Assembly (NCBI GenBank): GCA_965287045.1
Contig: OZ336876.1
Coordinates: forward strand, 56,110,001 to 56,174,000
Direction: 5' to 3'
DNA from: Carcharhinus amblyrhynchos
Lineage: Eukaryota
Length of the DNA: 64,000 nucleotides
Shown here: piece by piece, positions 25,400 through 37,549 of the stretch
Position numbering within the stretch: position 1 is the first letter of the stretch
Layout: each line of letters begins with the position of its first letter
Program-made: the position numbers and the translations under genes
The notes under the pieces: generated by a model
What the model saw: only the letters and a program-made list of their open reading frames with translations
Databases searched by the model: none
Told to the model about the DNA's origin: nothing

Positions 25400-26960
25400 G
25401 ACGACCATCACTACTTTATCAGTATTGTCAGGACATAGCCCATCTGACGGAATACACTTCTAATGTAATTGTACACGGAGAAGCGGAGATCACATTAAAG
25501 CATTGCGGTTAAATTAAATCCTTTTGTTGCACTCGGTAAAATACTCACTCTTTATTTTGTTTGCAACCCCATCCTCGCAAGCTGCACTTACGACATTTAC
25601 AGTGGCACTGCGGCTGATTAAGGGTCCCCTGAATAATGTACAAAAGTATCTGGTAAATTTAGAAAGGGTTATTCGTTTACTGGGCTAAGGTCACCTCCTT
25701 TAATTCGCACGTTTATTTCCCTCCTCCCCCTCCGCCAACTACGGTACTGTTTAAAAACGAGTTGTTAAACGTGGAAGGAAATCCAATACTTGGCCCAAGA
25801 ACAGAGAGAGAAAAGCACGACTGTCCTTATCAAGTTTTGACCGCCCGCCATAAACGACCAATTAATCTTGCTGTGCTCAGTGAGATGTCCAGTGTGTCCG
25901 GGAGCCGGGGGCCACCCTCACTCTGAGCGCTCCTAATAAGCCCTGCACAGAATGTAGTTCTGCAGCTCTCAGGAATTGATGCTGTGCCAGCCCAAATCGA
26001 TAGGAGCCAAGAATGAATTGATATTTGTTAATGGAGGAACTCTCTAGAGGAATCGCGCAATAAAAATGAAATGTGAGTTTACACATACTCTCTCAATACA
26101 AATACACACATCTCTTCGCTGCTCCCCGCTCAGTTCTCCCGCTGCCTCAATACAATGTGGTTTCCAGTCGATTAAACCACTCTTTTGTTTTGCCGTTTAC
26201 CTGGAATCAAAATGCCTTTTCCGTTTCCCATCTAATATTCCCCGCCATCGTGGCCACTGTGTGCTGCACAACTTGTAGAACTTTTAGAATTTCCTTTCGT
26301 TCTGGTGTGTGCAGAGAGAGAGAAATGTATTGCCGGATTGTGCACATGGCGCCGAGTTTTTAACTTACCTACTTGTTCGAACGCAGAGAAATGTGCCACA
26401 GGTTTTTGACATTGGCGGAATCTTGCTGATTTGAGAGGGGGCCGTGTTGGCTCCTCCTGTACCTGTCCCTGGTCCGGAACAGTGTTAGTGGGAGTGTGTG
26501 AATGTCATCCATTCTGTAAGATCTGGTCAAGCTCACGGTGGGTTAGGAGAGTGCTGCAGTCCGCGTGTTATACCAATCAGTTCAAATAATCCCAAATTCC
26601 ATGGGGACAAAAAAAAGGAAGTGCGACGTTCTGGAATGTGGAAGGGATGATGTAGAATCAATCCTTTCATGATACTTTTATAATTTGCCAGTGGAGTTGT
26701 AAATTATCCGCTTTTGTGTAATAATCAACATCCTGCTATATTACCAAAAGTCAGTTAAGTCAGAATGCTACTTTAGTACCTTTTTTAAAGCTAATCAAAT
26801 AGAAGAATGTCATTGTTGCAGAATTAAATACTTCATTTCCTGCATCAAGTGTCCCGACGTCAAGGACAGTTCCCTCTGCCCCTATTCCTCTCCCGCCGCC
26901 CCAAATACCCTGTCTTCCGAGGAACACTCGTTATTACAGCAGTGTGGCACCTTCACCTTA
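25400..26960. promoter_or_regulatory. Second CpG-enriched, repeat-free block in intron 1 (candidate enhancer or alternative promoter)
   Basis: Retained CpGs, many TAAT/ATTA cores, and CCGCCCGCCATAAACGACCAATTAAT at about 25841-25866. Confidence 0.4.
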
Positions 26961-27064
26961 CATATTTAGAATCCGTACAGTGCAGAAAGAGGCCATTAGG
27001 TCCTTGGAGTCTGCACCGAACACAGTTCCACGCAGCAAATGCTGCTATAATTCAGAATTCCATG

Positions 27065-27315
27065 CAGTGATATACAGGTCAGATAGCATTTGTGGAGAAA
27101 GAATGAGTTAAAGTTCCATCGCAATGACCTTCCGTCAGAACTGGAAGAGCTGAAAGGTTTGAAACTGGTGAAGGCGGGATGAGGGAGTGATTTGAAGACG
27201 CAAGGCAAAACCGGATAAATTTACATGAGATGAAAATGGCAACAGCAGAATCATTAGCAGTGGTTACGATTTGGAATTGTTAAAACTTGAAGTTGAGTCG
27301 AAAAGGTTGTAAACA
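27065..27315 (-). mobile_element. Decayed Penelope-like fragment
   Basis: AGCATTTGTGGAGAAAGAA ... GACCTTCCGTCAGAACTG resembles 57730-58260. Confidence 0.5.
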
Positions 27316-27771
27316 AACTTTTTGTCCTGTTTGAGTGAGATGCAAATTTGGTTACAGTACTAACTTGTGGGAGATGTATGTAATAGACCAAGCCTCTGGA
27401 TTTTACGTGAAGACTTTTCTAGATAGGGTCCTATTGATTTTTAAAGGTGAACTTCATTCCATCAGCCGGGGCTGGATTGTTCCTTAAGTTAACGAAAAGA
27501 AAGTTAGCATGCCAGCCCACAGCACATCCAGCAATTTCTCCCATTCTGGACCTAGTGAAGACTGTTCCTTTAGTGCAGCTGGTTTTTATAATGGAATTTT
27601 ATAAGCTGCCTTATCCCACTCACACTTACGCCATATATGCTCCTCCCCCCAGCAATTCAACATTTTGGGCCAAATTTCAGTTCTGTAAACTTTCCTCATA
27701 ATGTAAAGCCCAAAATTATGCTTGTAACTCTTCTCTGAAACCTCTGCAATGAGTAAAATTGTTTTACATGT

Positions 27772-28745
27772 CATAGAGTCATAGAGGTTTACAGCATGTA
27801 AACAGGCCCTTCAGCCCAACTTGTCCATGCCCCTTTTTTTAAAAACCCCTAAGCTAATCCCAGTTGCCTGCATTTGGCCCATATCCCTCTATATCCATCG
27901 TACCCATGTAACTATCTAAATAATCTTTAAAAACAAAATTGTACCCGCTTCTACTACAACCTCTGGCAGTTTGTTCCAAACACACTCCACCCTCTGTGTG
28001 GAAGAACATGTCCCTCTGGACATTTTTGTATCTCTCCCCTCTCACCTTAAACCTGTGTCCTCTAGTTTTAGACTCCCCTACCTTTGATAAAAGATATTGA
28101 CTATCTAGCTGATCCGTGCCCCTCATTATTTTATAGACCTCTATAAGATCACCTCAGCCTCCTGCACTCCAGAGAAAAAAGTCCCAGTCTATCCAACCTC
28201 TCCTTATAACTCAATCCATCAAGTCCCAAAGCATCCTAGTAAATTTTCTCTGCACTCTTTCTAGTTTAATAATAATAATCTTTCTATAATAGTATGATCA
28301 GAATTGCCCATAGTATTCCAAGTGTGGCCTTTCCAATGTCTTGTACAACTTCAACAAGACATTCCAAGTCTATATTCAATGTTCTGACCTATGAAACCAA
28401 GCATGCTGAATGCCTTCTTCACCACTCTGTCCACCTGTGACTCCACTTTCAAGGAGCTATGAACCTGTACCCCTAGATCTCTTTGTTCTGTAACTCTCCC
28501 CAGTGCCCTACCATTAACTGAGTAAGTCCTGCCCTGGTTCAATCTACCAAAATGTATCATCTCGCATTTGTCTAAATTAAAGTCCATCTGCCATTCATCA
28601 GCCCACTGACCCAACTGATCAAGATCCCATTGCAATTGGAGGTAACTTTCTTCTCTGTCTACTATGCCACCAAACTTAGTGTCATGTGCAAACATTCTAA
28701 TCATGACCCCCATATTCTCATCCAAATCATTAATATAAATGACAA
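27772..28745 (-). mobile_element. 5'-truncated CR1 LINE
   Basis: Peptides IYINDLDE, MFAHDTKFGG, WQMDFNLDKC; TCATAGAGTCATAGAG tail. Confidence 0.95.
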
Positions 28746-28849
28746 TAGACAAATGTCAATTGACAAATAGGTCAATAGACAAATGTAAATTGCCAAAAGA
28801 CATTTTTCATTCTATGCATGACCCAGTCCATGGTTTGACTTTCCATCAC

Positions 28850-29848
28850 TGTACCATTACCATCAAGCTGGAGGATCCAGCCTGGATCAATGAAGAATGC
28901 AGGAGAACATGCCAATAGCAACACTAGGCATTCCTAAAACTGATATGTCAGTATGGTGAATGTACAACACAGCACCACTTGCATACCAAACAGGAGAAGC
29001 CACATGCATCAACTGGGATAAGCAATTCCGCAACTGATGGATCTGACCTCATCCAGTTGTGAATGGTAGTGGATAATTAGCAATTAACCGGAGGTGAGAG
29101 CCACAAATTTCCCCATCTTCAGTGATGATAAAGCTCAGTACATCAGTGCAAAAGACAAGGTTGAAGCATATATAATGCTGAATCCTCCACTATTAACTGT
29201 GGGGATTACCATAGACCAGAAATTAAACTTAACTAGCCATGTAAATAGTGTGGCTACAAGAGCAGGTCAGATACCAGGAATTCTATGATGAATAATTCAC
29301 CTTGCAATTCCCCAAAGCCTGACCACCATCTACAAGACTGTTGTGGAATCATGACTTCATGGAATATGCTCCATTTGTCTGGATGGGTGCAGCTCCAACA
29401 ATGCAAGAAGGTTGACACCATCTAGGACAAAGAAACATGATTGATTGGCACCTTTTCACAAACATTCAAGCCTTCCACCATGTACACTGGCACCGTGTGC
29501 ACCACCTACAAGACGCACTGTAGAACTCAACAAGGCTGTTTAGATGGCATTATCCAAACCTGTGACTGCTACCCTCTGGAACGACAAGGTCAATAGACAA
29601 ATGAGAACATCACCATCTCTTGACTCAAAGCCACTCCCCATCCTGATTTCAAAATCTATTGTTCCTTCACTGTTGCTGGATCAAAATCCTGGAACTCCCT
29701 TCCGAACAGCACAAGGGATGTACCTACACCACATGGACTGCAATGATCCAAGAAGGCAGCTCACCATTAGCTTCTCAGTGTCAATTAGGGATGGGTAATA
29801 AATGCTAGCCTAACCAGGAACAACATCCCATGAATTAATTTTTAAAAA
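28850..29848 (+). mobile_element. Decayed CR1/L2-group LINE with internal deletions
   Basis: GITIDQKLNLTSHVNSVATRAGQ peptide; 3' end ATTAGGGATGGGTAATAAATGCT...CATCCCATGAAT. Confidence 0.75.
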
Positions 29849-29854
29849 TTCTGC

Positions 29855-31322
29855 GGCCAGAAGTGCCAGGTGATGATCCATCCCAGCCTCTTCCTGATGG
29901 CCCCTGCATCACAGATGTCAGTCTTCAGCTAATTCAATTCAATCCATGTGATAATGAGAAAGCACTGAAGGTAAAGGCTATGGGCTCTAACAACATTCAA
30001 GCAATTACTGCCCCATTAGTCTATTCTCTCATCAGTAAAGTGATAGAAGGTGTCACTGACAGTGGTATCAAGTGATACTCACTCAGGGTCACTCAGCTTC
30101 TGACCTTATTCCAAACATGGACAAAATAACTAAATTCCAGAGATGACATGAGTGACTGCCCTTGACATCAAGGCAGTGTTTCCCTGAGTGTGACATTAAG
30201 AAGTTCTAGGAAAACTGGAGTCAATGGGATTCACTTTCCTCTGATTGGGATCATATTTAGCATAAAAAAAAGATGGTTGTGGAGATTGTAGGTCAATCCC
30301 TTCAGCCCTGGGACGTCACTGCAAGAGTTACTCAAGATAGTGTCTTAAGGCCCAACCATCTTCATCAATGACCTTCCACTATCAAAAGATCAGAAGTGAT
30401 GAGGTACCATGATCAGAGAACAATGTGCTGCATCATTTTGTCAGATACTGAGGCAGTCCATGTCCAAATGTGGCAAGACCGAGACAATATCTGGGCTTGG
30501 GCTGACAAGTGGCAAGTAACGTTCAGACCACACAAGTACCATCACCCCTTAACACTTAAAGGCATTATTATCACTGATTTCCCCACTATCAATATCCTGG
30601 GGGATATCATTGATCAGAAACTGAACTGGACTAGCCATATAAACACTGTGGCTACAAAGGCCTGATGTGGAGATGCCGGCGTTGGGCTGGGGTAAACACA
30701 GTAAGAAGTCGGACAACATCAGGTTTAACAGTTGGCCTTAAACCTGGTGTTGTCAGACTTCTTACTACAAAGGCCAGTCAGAGGTTCAGAATTCTGTGGA
30801 GAATAACTGACCTCCTGACTCCCTGAAGCTTGTCTATTATCTACAAGACTTGTTAAGGAATACTCTCCACCTGCCACATCAATTATGTCCAGCAACACAC
30901 AACATTTGACACCATTGAGGACACAGCAGCCCACTTGATTGGCATACCACCCATCACTTAAACATTCAATCTCCTGGCACAGTGGTAGCATCAACAAGAT
31001 GCACTGCAGCAATTCACCAAAGTTCCTTCAACAGAACCTTCCAAACTCTGGACCACAACTGCCTCAAAGGACAAGAGCAGCAGATGTCTGGGAACATGAT
31101 GATCTGCAAGTTTCCCTCCAAGTTGCACACCATGCTGACTTGGAACAATGTTGCCATTCCTTGTGAATGAGTCAAAACCCTCGAACACCCTTCCTGAGAA
31201 GCATCATGGGTATAGCCGCACCAAATGGCTCACGACTAACTTCTCAAGGACAATTAGTGATGGCTAATAAATACTGGCCTAGGCAGAGGTGCCCTTATCC
31301 CATGAACAAATAAATAAAAAAT
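29855..31322 (+). mobile_element. Decayed CR1/L2-group LINE (same family)
   Basis: WADKWQVTF and IIDQKLNWTSHINTVAT peptides; A-rich tail at about 31305-31321. Confidence 0.8.
30663..30766. mobile_element. Miniature fold-back Penelope-like insertion
   Basis: 29-bp inverted arms (30700-30728 / 30738-30766), a one-sided 37-nt extension, and flanking direct repeat CTACAAAGGCC. Confidence 0.8.
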
Positions 31323-31659
31323 CAGATCCAAGTTCTTTCTTCCCATTTTTTCTAAATTATATGTAGATTTACTCCAATGCTTCACTTTATCTTTCCTTCA
31401 TTTAAACACATCTGCTGTTGGGATCCCAATTCTTCCAGTTTGAGATCTTTGATAGCTTCCTCTTTACTGAGACATTTATTATGCAGGCTTGTCAACATGA
31501 CAACATTTATGGGAGTGTGAGAGCAAGGCAGAATGCCAATCTACAAAATAACATTACTTCATTTTTTAAGTGTCACAAATCAGAATTGGTGACACTTTTA
31601 ACCAAAATCAAAAGTCTGAAGAGATACTCTTAAAATTAACAAGACAAAAGTTAAATATG

Positions 31660-32085
31660 GATTAAAAGGACTATATTTTTTCACTTTGAATGCATCCAAT
31701 GTAAATGCAAGCATAAAATTACAAAGAAAAATGGATGAATTGAGTGAATGAACAAAATGTGGCAAACAGGTTGTAATATAAGTAAATAGGATCTACACTT
31801 TCGAGGATAATCAGGGAGGATAAATCAGGGTAACTTGCTAAATGGTGACAATCTGGAAACAATAAACCTCTAAAGAGATTTTGGGGTCCCAATACACAAA
31901 ATCATTAAAACATCAAGGTACAGAAAATAATGAAAAAGGTTAATGGAATACTGGCCCTTGTAGTTAGAGGACTTGAGTACAAGGGATTGGAAATTATACT
32001 TCAATGATCGCCTACAGCTAGTGTATTGCAAACAGCCCTGAGCATCTGAAGATAAATTTATCTTTGAATGAGTGCAGCATAGGTC
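31660..32085 (+). mobile_element. Highly decayed CR1 fragment
   Basis: AAAAAGGTTAATGGAATACTGGCCCTTGTAGTTAGAGGACTTGAGTACAAG corresponds to the CR1 KANGMLAFIARGIEYK motif. Confidence 0.6.
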
Positions 32086-32426
32086 TTATAGTTTCATTCT
32101 TTCATGGGATGTGGGCATCGCTGAGAACACCAATGTTTGTTCCCCCTCCTTTATTGACCTTCAACTGAGTGGCTTGCCATGCTATTTCAGAGGGCACTTA
32201 AGAGTCAATTATATTGCTGTGGATCTGAGTTGCAGACAGACCAGGTCAGATAAGGATGAAAGTTTACTGTCCCAAATGATGTTAGTGAATCAGATGGGTC
32301 TTTATGATGATTGATAATTTCATGGTTACAATTACTGAGACAGGCATACAATTACACATTTAATTCTGTAATGGGATTTGAATCCATGTTGTAACACAGC
32401 ATTGGGCTAAGTTGAGAAGGAGTGCT

Positions 32427-32760
32427 ACATAGAATCCCTACAGTGCAGAAGGAGGCTATTCAGCCCATCAAATCTGCACTGACTCCCCAACAGAGCATCT
32501 TACCCAGGACCTATCCCCATAATCCCATGTATTTACCCCATTAATCCCCCTAAGGTACACACCTTTGGACACCAAGGGGAAATTTAATGTGGCCAATCCA
32601 CCTAACCCACACATCTTTGGAGTGTGGGAGGAAACCAGAGACCTGGAGGAAATGCAGACAGACACAATGAAAACATGCACCCTCCATGCAGACACCTGAA
32701 GCCAGAATTGAGCCCAGGTCCCTGGTGCTGTGAGGTAGCAGTGCTAACCCACACTGTACC
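32427..32760 (-). mobile_element. HE1-like V-SINE
   Basis: CATAGAATCCCTACAGTGCAGAAGGAGG tail, V-domain and head in reverse complement. Confidence 0.9.
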
Positions 32761-33584
32761 TCTTTCCGCATTTCCTCTCATCCAGAACTACACCGCTGGT
32801 CACATGCACTATGTTTACCAGAAAGCACCACACTGAATAGGAAGGTAGGGGTGGGGGTTGGGGGGAGGGGACTTGATCAGCATCTTCTTACTGAGGACCT
32901 GCAGAGGTCTGACTCAATGCCTGCAGATGAATACGAACTGAAATTGTCAGAGTGCCTGCAGAAGTAAACAATGTGGAGGAGAGGACCTAGAGAGCAACCT
33001 GAGAAAAAATGTGTTTGACTACCTGGCTTTGAACTTTACTTGATGTGTCACCTCATATTGGAACACAAACTGACTCTGACTGAGTACGTAACCCTGGTAG
33101 CACTTTATCTTTCCAAATACAGGTTAAGAGACTTCCTCTTGATTTTTGATTGGATTGCACTGGTAAATTGGTAAACCAGCTAAATATATAGAGTAAATAA
33201 TATAAAGATAGCATTCAACAAAGAGTTCTTATTTTGTCTTATTTCCTTGTTATTTTGAAGTTCCTTGCTTATTTGAGACAGACCTTGTAACAATAAAAAT
33301 ACAATCATTGTGCTGTTTACCTGAACTCATGTTAAAATGTACTCAAACTCACGATCATAAGTTGCCAGCGCAATGCAATACCTTTGGCGGTGGTACAGTG
33401 TCCTCAGAGCATAGGCTTTTGGGCTTCTGGGTTACTAGTCCAGTTAGATTATTTGCTTCCCTCACCTAGAATGACGCTAGTATGATAACTGGATTTCAAT
33501 TAAACAAACTAGGGATATATCTCTTGGAATTTAGAACATTAAGGATGATTTGATCGAAAAATTCAAAATGGACAGGTTAGGTTT

Positions 33585-34845
33585 TGAGAAATCCAACCTG
33601 GCCAATTACTGTCCTTTGGCCTACTCTCAATCATCATCAGAATGATGGGATGTCTCAATGGCAGTGTTGTCAAGCAGCACTTATGCAGTAATAACGTTCT
33701 CACTAATGCCCAGTTTGGATTCTGGCAGGGCCACTCAGCTTCAGGCCTCATTACAGATTTGGTACGAACGTGGCAAAAGAGCTGAACTCAAGGTGACATA
33801 AGAATCACTGCCGTTGACATCAAGCAGCCAAGAAAATCAATGGTTATTGGTGGAACTGATTGGAATCATACGTGGGGTAAAGGAAGATGGTTGTCATTGT
33901 TAGAAAACAATTCCCTCAGTCCCAGAACATTACTGAATCATTTCTCAGGGTAATGTCCTTGGCCCAATCATCAGCTGCTTCATCAATTACTTCCTCCCCT
34001 CCTCCTGCTCTTCCACTGCACCATCTTCCCCCACCCTATGACCCTCATCATAAATAAGTTCAGAAGTGGGGAATGTCATTGATGATTTCACAATATTGAG
34101 TATCATTCCCGAGTTCTCAGGCACTGAAGCAGTCTGTGCCCAATGGAGCAAAATCTGGACAACATTCAGGCTTGTGTTGACAAGTGACAATAAAATTTGC
34201 ACCACACAAGCAACAGGTAATCATTTTCTCCAACAAAAGAGAATTCAATGGCATTGCCATTGCAGAATCCCCACTGTCAATGTGCTGGGGGTTACCATTG
34301 ACCAGAAATTGATCTGGACCATCCATATACACACTCTGGCAACAAGAACAGTTCAGAGATATTGAATTCATTTACCTGAATGCATGCAGCTTCAATAACA
34401 GTCAATAAGCTTTACATTATCCAAAATAAAGCAGCCTGCTTGATTAGCACCCCATGCACCATCTTGAACATTCACTCCGTTCATCACTGATGCATAGTGG
34501 CAGAAGTGTGTACCATCTTCAAGATGTATTACACAACTCACCAAGGTTCCTTCAACAGCATCTTGCAAACCTGCAACCTCTACTACCAAATAGGACAAGG
34601 GCAGTAGATGCATGGGAACACAACTACCTATAAGTGCCCCTCCAAGGCACATACCATCCTGACATAGAAGTATATTGCAGTTTCTTGGGGTCAAAATCAG
34701 AGAACTCCTTTCCTGATAGTACGGTAATTTTTTTACCCACACCATGTGGACTACAATGCATCCGCTTCCTTCAGAGCAGTTGGTGATCGGCACTAAATGC
34801 TAGCCTGACCAGCTTTTCCCACATCCTTTGAATGAATAAAAACAG
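33585..34845 (+). mobile_element. Decayed CR1/L2-group LINE
   Basis: NVLGVTIDQKLIWTIHI peptide; tail CCCACATCCTTTGAATGAATAAAAA. Confidence 0.8.
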
Positions 34846-35069
34846 CTATTTACACTAGTTGGGAAATTTAGGTCATAGTCCTAACAATCAGCTTTTCAAG
34901 AGTGAAATTAGGAAACATCACTTCACACAAAGGACAGTGTATGTTTAAAACAGTGTGCCACAATGGCATTTGATGCTAGATCAATTGTTAACTTTAAGAT
35001 TGTGGCTGATAGATTTTTGCCAGACAATGGCATTAAGAAGTATGAGGGGAAAAGACAGATATGCATGAG

Positions 35070-36358
35070 ATTCAATTTGTCAAGGGGAGGTCATGTCTGA
35101 TAAATCTATTAGAGTTCTTTCAGGAGGTAACAAGGAAGGAAGTTACTTAAAGGAGAGCCAGTGAATGTATTTAGATTTCCAGAAGGCCTTTTGACAAGGT
35201 GCCACATAGGAGACTGGTAAATAAGTTAAAAGCCCATGCTGTTAAGGGTAAGATCCTGGCATGGATAGAGGATTGGTTGACTGGCAGAAGGCAGAGAGTG
35301 GAAATAACGGGGTCTTTCTCCAGATGGCAGTCGGTGACTAGTGGTGTGCCTCAGGGGTCAGTGCTGAGACCACAACATTTCACAATATACATTGACAACT
35401 TGGAAGAAGGAAGTGAAGGTACTGTTGCTAAGATTGCAGATGATACAAAGATATGTAGAGGCACAGGTAGTACTGAGGAAGCAGGGGGGCTGCAGAAGGA
35501 CTTGGACATGTTAGGAGAGCGAGCAAAGAAGTGACAGATGGAATACAATGTGGAAAAGTGTGAGGTTATGCACTTTGGAAGGAGGAATAGAGGCATGGAC
35601 TATTTTCTAAATGAGAAAATGCTTAGGAAATTAGAAACACAAAGGGACTTGGGAATCACTGTTCAAGATCCTCTTAAGTTTAATGTGCAGGTTCAGTCGG
35701 CAGTTCGGAAGGCAAGTGCAGTGTTAGCATTCATGTCAAGGGGGCTAGGATACAAGAGTAGGGATGTACTTCTGAGGCTGTATAAGGCTCTGGTCAGACC
35801 CCATATGGAGCATTATGAGCAGTTTTGGACCCCATATCTAAGGAAGGATGTGCTGGCCTTGGAAAGGGTCCAGAGGAAGTTCACAAGAATGATCCCTGGA
35901 ATGAAGAGCTTATCATATGAGGAACGATTGAGGACACTGGGTCTGTACTTATTGGAGTTTAGAAGAATGAGGGGGTATCTTATTGAAACTTACAGAATAC
36001 TGCGAAACCTGGATAGAGTGGACATGGAAAGGATGTTTCCACTGGTAGAAAAACTAGAACCAGACAGCACAATCTCAGGCTAAAGGGACAATCCTTTAAA
36101 ACAGAAATGAGGAGGAATTTCTTCACCCAGAGAGTGGTGAATCTGTGGAACTCTTTGGTGCAGAAGGCTGTGGAGGCCAGGTCATTGAGTGTCTTTAAGA
36201 CAGAGATAGATAGGTTCTTGATTAATAAGGGGATCAGAGGTTATGGGAAAAAGGCAGGAGAATGGAGATGAAAAAAAATCAGCCATGATTGAATGCCGGG
36301 CAGACTCAATGGGCCGAGTGGCCTAATTCTGCTCCTATGTCTTACGGTCATATGGTCT
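35070..36358 (+). mobile_element. 5'-truncated CR1 LINE
   Basis: SGVPQGSVL, KIADDTK and MEYNVEKCEVMHFG peptides; tail CTGCTCCTATGTCTTACGGTCATATGGTCT. Confidence 0.95.
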
Positions 36359-37314
36359 AATTGCAAATCAACCATGATATCATTGAATGGTACAGGCTTC
36401 AGAGTTTAATATGTAAAAACATGGGACACTGAGTCTTAACAAATTTAATTCACAGGACTATTTGTTGTACATGTTTGAAATGTTGATTGTGTGGATGATT
36501 ATTTTATTTCTACTAATTTAATCATCTAACACCTAATTTCATAGCTTATTTAATTAACACGGGAGAGTTGATTTCCTCCAAGTGAACTGAGATAGCAAAA
36601 ATGTGAACTAATTGTTAATCCTTTTAGCACACAGCCAGATTCTCTCTTGTTTTGCTAAGATGCATCAGGTAAATCAGAACTAACAAACAACTGATGAGTC
36701 AATTTATACACACCGACAATAAGGATCCAGTGATTTAAAAAAAATTGTAACAAACTGCTGATGAGTTGTTATTGTGGAAAAATGTCTTTGACAAACTTTT
36801 TCATTGGAGGGGAGATAGCTACAAATCAATATAGTTAGTTTGTGACATCACATTAAATTAATTAATGCTATTGGATTGTAATTTTGTGAACAAAAAAAAT
36901 TAGCACACACATGTCACTCAAAGTACCCTTTCATTGAGCCATGAATACCTGATTGTCTTCAATAAGACTATTTTGGATATAGACATCTACACTAAACTTA
37001 AAGATGGGCTTTGAACAGGCAAGGGAGATTGGAAATGTTTGCTAGTACAGAGGGTTTCGAGGTATATTTTTTGAGGTGGGGTGATGATGGTGTCTTTGAA
37101 AAGTAGAGGGGAAATATCAGAGGAGAGGGAACAATTTGAACAGCGGCTAACATACTCTTCTGAACGCCACATAACAATCAGATAGCAAGCCCAGTTGGAG
37201 ATTCTGACAATGGTGTTGAGGCCAAAGGCCCAGGACCAGGTTTGAAATACTAAAATACAATTATAGTGAATTAGAGTGAATGAGGAGAATCTCCAGCAGC
37301 ACAATGCAGCTAGG

Positions 37315-37412
37315 GCTTCAACTCTGATGAAGGGTCATCCAATCTCAAAACATTGGCTCTATTCTACCTCCGCAGATGCTGTCAGACCTCCAGCATTTTC
37401 TGTTGTTGTTGC
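37315..37412 (+). mobile_element. Penelope-like terminal fragment with degenerate hammerhead core
   Basis: CTGATGA-agggtcatccaatctc-AAAA-catt followed by the CAGATGCTGTCAGACCT motif. Confidence 0.6.
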
Positions 37413-37549
37413 AACCAAGTCTAAACCTGCAGTAAAAAGAGGACAGGTTATTCATGCAACGCAAATAAGACTAGCTGGATTTACAACACAAGAAGCTGCC
37501 TCCTAGTAAATTGCATTACTGAGATCTCAGCAACCACCAGAGTTTCTGA

